In this document: piece after piece, positions 17,104 to 24,777 of the stretch
How the letters are laid out: each line of letters opens with the position of its first letter
Numbering within the stretch: position 1 is the stretch's first letter
Virus record (IMG/VR): IMGVR_UViG_3300034025_000089
Coordinates: 1-42,044 of that record
Direction: 5' to 3' (one strand)
Source: a virus
Taxonomy: Duplodnaviria; Caudoviricetes
DNA length: 42,044 bases
Notes under the pieces: generated by a model
What the model was told of the DNA's origin: nothing
Seen by the model: the letters and a program-made list of their open reading frames with translations, nothing else
The model's database searches: none
Position numbers and translations under genes: made by a program

Positions 17104-17370
17104 TCAGACCAGTGCGAGCTGTCCGAGCGGCGCCTTTGGCGTCTCGCTCGGCTTCACCCGCGGATAAAAATCGTCGGCCGAAAGGCCGGTCAGCTCGCGC
17201 ACCAGCGGCATGTGGTCCTTGGACGGCACGCGCCGCCCGCTTTCCCAGGCATGCCACGTCGCCTTGTGCGTCGGAGCGCCGTCGACAACGATCTGCACGG
17301 CCGCTTCCTCGAGCGTCAGGTTGCGCGACTTGCGCCACTCGATCAGCTTTTGAACCGGCGTGTGCTTCAT
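17104..17370 (-). CDS. Cro-like XRE HTH regulator (88 aa)
   Basis: Contains LIEWRKSRNLTLEEAA...KATWHAWESGRRVP and is the first gene of the leftward operon from the divergent promoter region. Confidence 0.85.
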   Translation of the reverse strand: MKHTPVQKLIEWRKSRNLTLEEAAVQIVVDGAPTHKATWHAWESGRRVPSKDHMPLVRELTGLSADDFYPRVKPSETPKAPLGQLALV

Positions 17371-17501
17371 GGCGCCGATTGTTGTCAGTTCGCAAACCGA
17401 TTGACAAGCCCATTTATCCACAGCATTAAAAGTTGTCGGAACCGCAACAGACCCAAAGGGCGACGGTCCCCGGCGAACAACCCGAACAGTGGGGTGGTAA
17501 C
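17371..17501. promoter_or_regulatory. Divergent early promoter/operator region with DnaA box
   Basis: TTGACA at 17401-17406 overlaps a leftward TTGTCA. TTATCCACA lies at 17414-17422. Related operator-like sites GTTGTCAGTTCGCAAAC and GTTGTCGGAACCGCAAC flank it. Confidence 0.7.
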
Positions 17502-17807
17502 ATGACTGACGCACGAGGCGGACTGATCCGCTTTACCAAACTACGTCGCAACTACGTGAGCGACGGCGTTTTCGAGCTCCTCGAGGACGGCGACCTATGG
17601 CTCCCCGAACGGACCTACAGCGTTCGGGGAGCAAGCCATACGCAGCCGGACGAAAACGCCCTCGCATACTCTGTGGTGACGGTTCTCGCCACCGGCGAGA
17701 CGATGGAAGCGCTCGAGACGGTTGAGGCGACGCTAACCCGCCAGGAAGAAGCGCTCGACCAGACCCGCGTGTTCGAGCAGCAGCCGCCGCAGGAACAGAT
17801 CCCATGA
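17502..17807 (+). CDS. Hypothetical protein (101 aa)
   Basis: First rightward gene, start context GGGGTGGTAAC-ATG; no HTH or S24 peptidase motif seen. Confidence 0.65.
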   Translation: MTDARGGLIRFTKLRRNYVSDGVFELLEDGDLWLPERTYSVRGASHTQPDENALAYSVVTVLATGETMEALETVEATLTRQEEALDQTRVFEQQPPQEQIP

Positions 17808-17962
17808 GCGCGGGCAAGCCCTACCGCGCCCATGGCGAGATCCTCCCCATGGAAGAAGCGCCGCCGCCCGCCTGGGTCGTTCGGCTCGAGAACCGGGCGA
17901 CCTGGTTTGCGCTCGCCTCGCTGCCTGTGTCGGCGCTCCTGGTGTGGATCGTTCACCAATGA
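17804..17962 (+). CDS. Small protein with C-terminal TM helix (52 aa)
   Basis: ATGA coupling on both sides; contains WFALASLPVSALLVWIV. Confidence 0.55.
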   Translation: MSAGKPYRAHGEILPMEEAPPPAWVVRLENRATWFALASLPVSALLVWIVHQ

Positions 17963-18264
17963 GCGGCCCCGTCGCCTTGCCGCCGGCGATGACGCTGGCA
18001 ACCGCCGTCGACCTTGCCCAGATCATGACCGCGCGCGCCGAGCAGATCGGCCGCGGCTATACCGAGCAAGCCGACGACCTGATCGCACCGGAGGTGCTCG
18101 CCAGCAAGGCGATCGCCATGGCCTCCGGCGGCCGCGACCTCATGCACGAAGGCGACCGCCAGAACCTCGAGGTAGCTTACGCCAGGTGCGCGCGATCGGC
18201 GGCGCTCCTCCTGGCGACGATGGGCAGGATCCGCCGGATGCAATCAGGAAGGGATGAAGGATGA
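17959..18264 (+). CDS. Hypothetical protein (101 aa)
   Basis: Coupled ORF with RAEQIGRGYTEQADD...RSAALLLA. Confidence 0.65.
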   Translation: MSGPVALPPAMTLATAVDLAQIMTARAEQIGRGYTEQADDLIAPEVLASKAIAMASGGRDLMHEGDRQNLEVAYARCARSAALLLATMGRIRRMQSGRDEG

Positions 18265-18479
18265 TAGACGATGCCGATTTCGTGCCGATCGACGCGGCCG
18301 CCAAGGACGGCAACCGCCAGCTCGTAAGGCGCGGATCAACCTACGCGGCCGCACAATGGACGGGGGATTTTTGGTCCGAGCCCTACGGCCCCGGCAAGAT
18401 GGAAGCGGACACGCCCTGTCAGCTCAACTTCGAGCCGACCCACTATGCGAAGAGGGAGGACGAGCATGGGGGTGCTTAG
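18261..18479 (+). CDS. Hypothetical protein, DUF551-like (72 aa)
   Basis: FVPIDAAAKDG...W...EPTHY resembles the W.PI..APKDG...PTHW family. Confidence 0.55.
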   Translation: MIDDADFVPIDAAAKDGNRQLVRRGSTYAAAQWTGDFWSEPYGPGKMEADTPCQLNFEPTHYAKREDEHGGA

Positions 18480-18747
18480 CGGCCACTCCGTTGCGACGTT
18501 CGCCGAGGCGACGCACGGCTTGTTGGAGGGCGCAAGCCTCAACGCGCCTTACCCCTTCCATTGGGTTGAGGTGCAGCGCGTCGAAGGGCGAACACTCGTC
18601 TGCACCGGCGGCGGCAAGCCAATGCGCTTGCCATTCCGCAAGACGCCGCTCGGCGAGCGCGCCAGCGTAACGATCCAGGATCCGTTTTTCGGGCCGCAAC
18701 GCTTCCCCGTTCGCCCGTTCAAAAGAGAGGACATTAAGCATGGCTGA
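18466..18747 (+). CDS. Hypothetical protein (93 aa)
   Basis: GGAGG RBS before MGVLSGHS. Confidence 0.55.
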   Translation: MGVLSGHSVATFAEATHGLLEGASLNAPYPFHWVEVQRVEGRTLVCTGGGKPMRLPFRKTPLGERASVTIQDPFFGPQRFPVRPFKREDIKHG

Positions 18748-19171
18748 CACCCCGCTAACCGCCGCCGACGCGGCCGAGCTCGAGGCGCTGATCGCCCAGG
18801 CGACAGACGAGGATCTGTCAGACGGCGGCCGCTACTTCGACGGCCACTATAACGATCTCACCCAATGTGGGCACGGCGATACCGGCAACTACGGCAACCA
18901 GAAAGACGGCGAGCTGGTCGAGTTCCTCTGGAACCGCCGGCACCAGATCCTCGCGCTGCTCTCGAAAGCAGCCACCACGAACGAGGCGGCGGAACGCGGC
19001 TACAACGCTGCAATCGCCGCGATCCGCGCATGGGCGCCGGGCTTTGAAAACGCCGACTCCCGCGCTCGCCTTGAGGCTGTAGGTCGTGACCTTGAGAGCA
19101 ATCGCGGCGCTGCCCTTTCCGCAGCCTTTGAGGAGAAGATGATCTCGACTCCCACCCCGAACGCCGAGTAG
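18740..19171 (+). CDS. Hypothetical protein (143 aa)
   Basis: GAGG RBS; begins ELEALIAQAT, an Ead/Ea22-like opening. Confidence 0.65.
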   Translation: MADTPLTAADAAELEALIAQATDEDLSDGGRYFDGHYNDLTQCGHGDTGNYGNQKDGELVEFLWNRRHQILALLSKAATTNEAAERGYNAAIAAIRAWAPGFENADSRARLEAVGRDLESNRGAALSAAFEEKMISTPTPNAE

Positions 19172-19197
19172 ACCGTCGCCCCCTACGGAGGCGAACA

Positions 19198-19296
19198 ATG
19201 CAGCGGTGGACCAGCGAACGGGAACGGGCCGTTGTCTACTTCATCTTGGGCGCGATCGCCGCGGCGGCCGTCCTTAGCTCGATAGGATGCCAATGA
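19198..19296 (+). CDS. 32-aa membrane microprotein MQRWTSERERAVVYFILGAIAAAAVLSSIGCQ
   Basis: GGAGG RBS, hydrophobic helix, ATGA coupling to the next gene. Confidence 0.55.
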   Translation: MQRWTSERERAVVYFILGAIAAAAVLSSIGCQ

Positions 19297-19604
19297 TGGA
19301 AGGTTACTTGATGATCGGCGGTCCCGGCGACGGAGAGCTGATCGAGCCCCTTCATGGGGACGTACCCTCGCCAGTCTATTACTACCATGCACCGCTCAAA
19401 CCTATGCTCGGCATCCGCCGAGGTTCCGACGTCGATTTGACCGCGCCGACATCGCCCGAGCGCTACGAGCGCCACATGCTAAGGGAGAGCGGCGGGCGCG
19501 ACCTGTTCGTCTACCTTGCCCGTGGTGTAGACCCTGACAAGGTACTGGCGCACCTTATCGAACGCTACGCGGCGCCGCGCTTCCCGCGGAGGTCGAGCTG
19601 GTGA
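19293..19604 (+). CDS. Hypothetical protein (about 103 aa)
   Basis: Has the IGGPGDG motif common in small phage proteins. Confidence 0.6.
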   Translation: MMEGYLMIGGPGDGELIEPLHGDVPSPVYYYHAPLKPMLGIRRGSDVDLTAPTSPERYERHMLRESGGRDLFVYLARGVDPDKVLAHLIERYAAPRFPRRSSW

Positions 19605-20095
19605 CCGAGGAAACCACCCGGCTCACCTATCGCCAGCTCGCCGCCGCCTTCGGCTTGAAGTCGGCCGATGCGGCGCGGATGAAGGCGAAGCGGGAAACCG
19701 CCAAGCCGGGCACGCGCTGGCAGATCATCCAGGGCAACCATCCGTCCGATCCCGTTCACGTCGAGCTGCCGATCGACGCTCTCCCCCCGACGCCGCCCGT
19801 ACGCCCGACGCCGCCCGTACGCCCGACGCCGCCACCCCCCGACGCGCCGCCCGCGTCGGAGGGGACGCCCCCGAACAATGACGGCATCGCCGCCCTGATC
19901 GGCGATCTCAGCGGCCGCCTGGTCGCGGAGACGGAAGCGCACGGCCGCACGCGCGCCGAGCTCGCCGGCGTCACGGTCGAGCTCGCCGGCGCCCGCGGCG
20001 CCCTCGAGGCGAAAGATGCCGAACTCGAGAACCTGCGCGGCCGCCACGCCTTCCTGATCGCAGAGTTCAGCAAGCCATGGTGGAAGCTGTGGTGA
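19601..20095 (+). CDS. HTH / Pro-linker / coiled-coil protein ending PWWKLW (plasmid-type DNA-binding protein)
   Basis: N-terminal LTYRQLAAAFGLKSADAARMKAKR, PTPPVR repeats, heptad region and amphipathic KPWWKLW terminus. Confidence 0.7.
   Translation: MTEETTRLTYRQLAAAFGLKSADAARMKAKRETAKPGTRWQIIQGNHPSDPVHVELPIDALPPTPPVRPTPPVRPTPPPPDAPPASEGTPPNNDGIAALIGDLSGRLVAETEAHGRTRAELAGVTVELAGARGALEAKDAELENLRGRHAFLIAEFSKPWWKLW
19786..19833 (+). repeat. 18-bp tandem repeat CCCGACGCCGCCCGTACG (about 2.6 copies) encoding PTPPVR
   Basis: Seen directly in the sequence. Confidence 0.85.
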
Positions 20096-20517
20096 ACGAA
20101 ACGGCCGCCGGCAGAGACGGCTTCATTCTGGCGATGGGCCGCCGGATCTACCACGTCTACAAGCAAGACTTCCCGATGGAGTTCATCTATGGGCTCACCC
20201 CCGATGCGAACAGGGAATACAGCCCTGGCTTGGTCGATGTCCGCACCCTGCCCGAAAAGTACCACGCCACAGGGATCCACGTTGCCTGGCTCCAGGTTCA
20301 GAAGCGTAGCGCTGGCAAGCGGATCCGAGAGCAGCTCGAAGCCCACGCGATGACCTTCGCCTACGCGATTGCCGACGGGTACGATCTTGAAGGGCACGCC
20401 CGGCGCGAGGAAGAAGCAGCGCTTCGAATAAGCCGTGAATACCGCGAATTCATCGAGGGCTCCGCCAAGGCCCGCGCCGCCGCCGGCGAGATCGAGGACG
20501 ACGACATCCCGTTTTAA
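20092..20517 (+). CDS. Hypothetical protein with SSB-like acidic tail DDDIPF (141 aa)
   Basis: GTGA coupling; C-terminus GEIEDDDIPF. Confidence 0.7.
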   Translation: MNETAAGRDGFILAMGRRIYHVYKQDFPMEFIYGLTPDANREYSPGLVDVRTLPEKYHATGIHVAWLQVQKRSAGKRIREQLEAHAMTFAYAIADGYDLEGHARREEEAALRISREYREFIEGSAKARAAAGEIEDDDIPF

Positions 20518-20533
20518 AGCCCGTAGACGCACG

Positions 20534-20573
20534 AAGGGCGCCAGCGGCACTTCCCCCGCCGGCGCCCTCTTTT
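20534..20573 (+). terminator. Terminator between the convergent early and lysis operons
   Basis: AGGGCGCC...GGCGCCCT stem followed by CTTTT. Confidence 0.6.
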
Positions 20574-20609
20574 GCGTCTGAGCGCCGCTTATGGCGCCCT
20601 CACGTCGAT

Positions 20610-20984
20610 TTAAATGGGCACCGGGTCGGGCGCCGTGTCGACGGGCGCGGATGCCGGCGCCGGCGACGGCCCGGCCACCACGATGCCGCAGCTTCGGTTG
20701 GTCAGGTCGCGCGCCGCGGCGACGCGATCGCGCTGCCCTGGCGACAACGCCGGCGCCACGATCGCATCGAACGTCTGTCGGCCGCCGACCACCACCGCGA
20801 GCTCGACCATGTTTTTCGGACAGCGAAGGCGAACGCCGCTCTCGGTTGCCTCGGCCGCAAGCGTGTGGATCTCGCTCTCGGCCGCGCTGGCGACGGGACC
20901 GCCGCCCAACGTCGCGCAGCCGGCAAGCGGGATGCACGCCAGCGCAAGCGCCGCGGCCGCCATCATTCGGATTGCATTTTTCAT
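20610..20984 (-). CDS. Lipoprotein, spanin-like candidate (124 aa)
   Basis: Signal peptide with lipobox LAGC; downstream of the endolysin. Confidence 0.65.
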   Translation of the reverse strand: MKNAIRMMAAAALALACIPLAGCATLGGGPVASAAESEIHTLAAEATESGVRLRCPKNMVELAVVVGGRQTFDAIVAPALSPGQRDRVAAARDLTNRSCGIVVAGPSPAPASAPVDTAPDPVPI

Positions 20985-21036
20985 AACCCACCCCTCTTCC
21001 ATCCGGCTTGATCGCCGGGATCCTTTTGATTTCGAG

Positions 21037-21648
21037 TTAGGCGGCCGCCCGGTACAGCGCCGCCTCATCTTTGCGCCGGCGCACCAGCCCTTCCAGCTTG
21101 CGGCCGCCGCCGTTCACCCACTTGCCGAACTCGGCCGCGGCGCCGGCATAGTCCCCGGCCAGGTGCAGCCGGAGCAGGCCGCTATCGCCAAGCCCTTCCG
21201 GCGTATGGTCATTGTCGATGTCGGAGCCGCAATTGTAGGCGAACGAGACCATCGCATCGAACTGCCCCTGGGTCGCGCGCTTGCCGGCGAGCAGGAATCG
21301 AACGGCTTCCTCGAAAGCGCGCACGTCCTCGAGGAGCCGGCGATCGGCTTGCTCCTGGGTCCACACCAGGCCGGGGCCGATGCCGGCGCCGGTGGCGCCA
21401 TAGCCGATCGTCCAAATGCCGGCGGGGCACTTGTAGGCCGAGAGGCGCAGCCCTTCGTAGCGCTTGATGAGCTCGATCGCGGCCGAGCTCGCACGCTGGG
21501 CCCCGGCGCCGATCGGCGCGGCGCCGGCGCGTGGCACGCCCAGGCGGTCGAGCAGCGCGTCGACCTCCTGGACTTCCGGCGTGGTAAAGCGCCGGCCTTC
21601 CCGCTCGGCCGTGATTGCGTCGAAAACCCCCTTACGTGGCTGATCCAT
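21037..21648 (-). CDS. Endolysin, GH24 (T4/P22-like lysozyme), 203 aa
   Basis: Catalytic region IKRYEGLRLSAYKCPAGIWTIGYG (E-x8-C-x5-T), QGQFDAMVSFAYN and GLVRRR. Confidence 0.93.
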   Translation of the reverse strand: MDQPRKGVFDAITAEREGRRFTTPEVQEVDALLDRLGVPRAGAAPIGAGAQRASSAAIELIKRYEGLRLSAYKCPAGIWTIGYGATGAGIGPGLVWTQEQADRRLLEDVRAFEEAVRFLLAGKRATQGQFDAMVSFAYNCGSDIDNDHTPEGLGDSGLLRLHLAGDYAGAAAEFGKWVNGGGRKLEGLVRRRKDEAALYRAAA

Positions 21649-21856
21649 GATTACCCTCCCCTTGCGATCCTAGTTTGCTGAGCGTCTCGAGCAGCGCCGG
21701 CGGTACTGGTTCGTCGACTGTGCTTTGGTACATGCGCCGCAGCTCGATGCTGGCAACGTCGCTCGCGAATGTGATAGGGCCGCCCACCGCTTCGAGCAGC
21801 CGATCGGCCGCGGCGAAGCGCATTTCGACTGCCCGGCGCGCCGAGGCCCTATTCAT
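21632..21856 (-). CDS. NepR-like anti-sigma factor homologue (74 aa)
   Basis: LRRMYQSTVDEPVPPALLETLSKL matches the NepR core LRxxYxxxxxExVPxxxxxLLxxL. It overlaps both neighbouring genes. Confidence 0.75.
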   Translation of the reverse strand: MNRASARRAVEMRFAAADRLLEAVGGPITFASDVASIELRRMYQSTVDEPVPPALLETLSKLGSQGEGNHGSAT

Positions 21857-22052
21857 CTTCGGCCTCTGGGATCGAGAGGGGCTTGCCGGTCAGGTGAACG
21901 AATAGCCGATCGATCGCCATTGCCAGGCGCAAGTCGGCTTTCGCGCGTATCTTGCGCTCGGCACGTTCAACAGCATCCTTGTTGATCAGGTAGAGAATGA
22001 AGATGCCGCCTATGCCGAAATTGGCGACATCCCCGATCGTAAGCCCGTCCAT
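21849..22052 (-). CDS. Putative holin / small membrane protein (67 aa)
   Basis: N-terminal TM segment FGIGGIFILYLI; first gene of the lysis cassette. Confidence 0.6.
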   Translation of the reverse strand: MDGLTIGDVANFGIGGIFILYLINKDAVERAERKIRAKADLRLAMAIDRLFVHLTGKPLSIPEAEDE

Positions 22053-22128
22053 GTTACCACCCCCTTTGCGGGCCGCCGGCGCTTTGCGCTCGTCCAGCCC
22101 TAGTCTCACCCACGCCGGGCGAGCTAAA

Positions 22129-24753
22129 TCATGCGTCGATCACTCCGAAGGCTTTGTAGACGAACGGCACCGCCACATACGTCCAGACCACCCCGGCGCC
22201 CGGCGTGGCCGGGTTCTCGTCAATGATCGCCGCGCCGGTGCCGGTCGGCGCCGCGTAGCTCACCCCCTTCTTGGTGGCGACGTAGGTTTTCCCGCCGTCG
22301 CTGGTTCTCGTATCGCCAAGCTCATAGGTCTGCCCGGCAGCCCAGGCGCCCGCCGCGATCGCTCCCGTCTGCGTACAAACCCAGCCAACCTTGCCGCCGG
22401 CTGTGGCGTTGAGGTTGAAGATGATCTCGCCCCTGGCGCGACTGCCCGAAGTGGGCGGCCCGGCAGCGATGCCCGGACCAAGCCGCATGTCGGCCAGGCT
22501 TCCGCCTATGTTGCTCGGATCGGTCATCACAAGCCGGGCAGGAGCAAACGCGAACGGCACGCCCGCATGGCGTCCAAAGCTCCAAGTCGTGGTGCGCGCG
22601 GCAAGCCGATAAGCGTATCCGCCGCCGCCCACATTGGGAGTTCCGTTGTCGTAGACCCAGCCACCGGCGGTCCGATAATAGTTCATATCGTCAACCGGGT
22701 ACTTGGTATCTCCGTGGAAGAACGCGAGGGTATAGCTGCCCTTGTCGACGCCCATGCCGGCGTAGCTCGTGTCGCCGTGAATAGCCTTCTTCGACGGCGC
22801 GGCATGGTTGCGGCGGGAGAACAGGCCCTGCGTGTTGCCAAGTCCGCCGCCGAGGTTCTGATCGACGTACAACTGCGGCATGTTGAAGAACGGCCCGAAG
22901 GTGCCGCCGATCGTGATGCACTTGGAGCCGAACGTCGAAACCAGAAGGCTCTCGCTGTAGCCGCCGCAAATCACACTGGCGTTCGAGTTGCCGTAGACGA
23001 TCATGCCGGCGCCGCTGTTGTAAGTGACCAGCGAGGACCATGCGGGCCAATAGGGCTCAGCAGCCGCGACGGCGCCAACGGGGATCCAGTGATCGGCGGC
23101 GGCGTCCGTCCCCGGCTCGACGTTCAGTGAAATGTGGGCGGCCAGCTTATAAACGATGCCGTTGTGCCAGCAGCGGCCGCGCCCTTCGGCTGCGTCCCGC
23201 ACTTCGCCGGACCCGTCGAGCGCCGGGTTGATGTAGGTATTTCCGTAGCGCGAGCCGTCGAAGATGCCGATGCCATAGGCGTCCTTGACCCGGATGCTGT
23301 CGTAAGTGGATGCGTTCGAGTCGGCGGCCGCCGGCTCCGTCGCAGTCCAGCAGGAGGCGAAGCCCTTGCAGGCGCGGAACTCCAAACGCCGGAAGTGCGA
23401 TTCGTTGGTGCCGCCGCGGTTAGCGCCGGCGGCACCGTAATCGCCGCTGCAATACATTCCAGCGCCCGGCCAACTGTCAAAGGTGCAGTCATAGACGAAG
23501 GCTGTTGCGCGGTTCCAAAGGCCATGAAGCGCGTCGTTGCGCGCGCCGCCGCTGCCGAGGAAGTAGATACCCTCGATGCAAGAACCGGAGGCGGCCCCAC
23601 CTTCATCGGATCCCCAGGTGATTTGCCCGCCAAGCCCGGTGTCGTGGCCGTTGATGGTAATGCCGCGCGTGCCCGCCGGCCATTTCAGGACGGTGCCGAC
23701 ATTGATGCCCGAGCCTGGCCCACCGACGCCCTTGAGGTGGATCTTCGAGCGCGGCTCCCATTCGGCGCTGACAAAGTAACCCGCCGCGCCGAGGTGCAGC
23801 GTCGGGACCATATGCCGGTAGCTGCTCTCGAAGTGAAAGCGCGCATAGCTGTCATAGGCATCCAAGGCGGGGAGGTTGTCAGTCTCTGCCCCGGTGATGA
23901 CGCCCGGTATCGTGCCCTCGCCAGCGCCAGGCCCCCAGTTGCCGCGCCCACCGAACATCTCGATCGTGAGGCGTTGCATCGGTGCGAGTTGGAAAAACCG
24001 ACCGTTCGCTGTTTTTGCAATGCACCGCGGCTGCGCCGCCACATCGGCATCGGTTAGGGCGGTGTTCTCGAGATAGAACGCATCGCCGACGCCCTTCCAG
24101 GTGTGGCAGGAAGTCCGTACTGCATCGGTGCCGAGCGGAATGTTGAGGGCGGACATGGAAGCGAAGCTCCCCACCGCCATGACGTTGCCGCCGGGATCGC
24201 CCTTGAAGTTGGAGGGCAGGATCGCAACCAGGGACGCGAGCAGCATATTCGCCAGCTCGGCCGCGCTCAGCGCGGTGGCCGAGCCGGTGCCGGCGAGCCA
24301 GGCGAAGATCTTGCCCGCCCGGCTTGTCTTGGTCGGGAGCGTCGCGATCGTCTCGCCAGGCGGGACAAGCAAGGCTCGGTTGCCGAACTCAACGATATGG
24401 CCCGCAAGCTCCTGACTGACCATGGCTTGCCGATCGAGCGCCTGTTCGTGGCTTTCCGCTGGGAAGGTGTCGTTGGCCGTGTAATCGGTCGGCTGATAGC
24501 GCTTGGTGTTGCCGCGGATCCGAAGCACGGTTCCGCCGGCGGTGGCGGCGGCGGTAGTGATCGAGCCGCCCGCGTCGACGTTGGCGCCGGCAACCGAATA
24601 ATCGGCGCCCAGGGAAAGGGCGGTTTCCACCCCGCCCGAGATCCGCGACACGGCGAGCTCGCCGGCGGTCAGGAAACGAAAGGGAACCGCGTGCGTCTTG
24701 GTGACGCCATTACCCGAATAATCGATCAGCCGCGGCTGAGTATTGACTGTCAT
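22129..24753 (-). CDS. Tail fibre/tailspike with T7-type N-terminal anchor and beta-helix depolymerase-like body (874 aa)
   Basis: Anchor YSGNGVTKT..VPFRF...GADYSV...FPAESHEQALDR, then EMFGGRG...TDNLPAL entering a pectin-lyase-like beta helix, and a C-terminal W.AGQTY..GD binding-module-like segment. Confidence 0.88.
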   Translation of the reverse strand: MTVNTQPRLIDYSGNGVTKTHAVPFRFLTAGELAVSRISGGVETALSLGADYSVAGANVDAGGSITTAAATAGGTVLRIRGNTKRYQPTDYTANDTFPAESHEQALDRQAMVSQELAGHIVEFGNRALLVPPGETIATLPTKTSRAGKIFAWLAGTGSATALSAAELANMLLASLVAILPSNFKGDPGGNVMAVGSFASMSALNIPLGTDAVRTSCHTWKGVGDAFYLENTALTDADVAAQPRCIAKTANGRFFQLAPMQRLTIEMFGGRGNWGPGAGEGTIPGVITGAETDNLPALDAYDSYARFHFESSYRHMVPTLHLGAAGYFVSAEWEPRSKIHLKGVGGPGSGINVGTVLKWPAGTRGITINGHDTGLGGQITWGSDEGGAASGSCIEGIYFLGSGGARNDALHGLWNRATAFVYDCTFDSWPGAGMYCSGDYGAAGANRGGTNESHFRRLEFRACKGFASCWTATEPAAADSNASTYDSIRVKDAYGIGIFDGSRYGNTYINPALDGSGEVRDAAEGRGRCWHNGIVYKLAAHISLNVEPGTDAAADHWIPVGAVAAAEPYWPAWSSLVTYNSGAGMIVYGNSNASVICGGYSESLLVSTFGSKCITIGGTFGPFFNMPQLYVDQNLGGGLGNTQGLFSRRNHAAPSKKAIHGDTSYAGMGVDKGSYTLAFFHGDTKYPVDDMNYYRTAGGWVYDNGTPNVGGGGYAYRLAARTTTWSFGRHAGVPFAFAPARLVMTDPSNIGGSLADMRLGPGIAAGPPTSGSRARGEIIFNLNATAGGKVGWVCTQTGAIAAGAWAAGQTYELGDTRTSDGGKTYVATKKGVSYAAPTGTGAAIIDENPATPGAGVVWTYVAVPFVYKAFGVIDA

Positions 24754-24777
24754 TTTCCACCCCCCGGTGAAGGGGAA

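Noticed and set aside
17502-17807. CI repressor at the position divergent from cro
   Set aside because: No HTH or S24 peptidase motifs are recognisable.
22129-24753. Diversity-generating retroelement, given the BPP-1-like architecture
   Set aside because: I saw no reverse transcriptase motifs and no template/variable repeat pair near the tail fibre.
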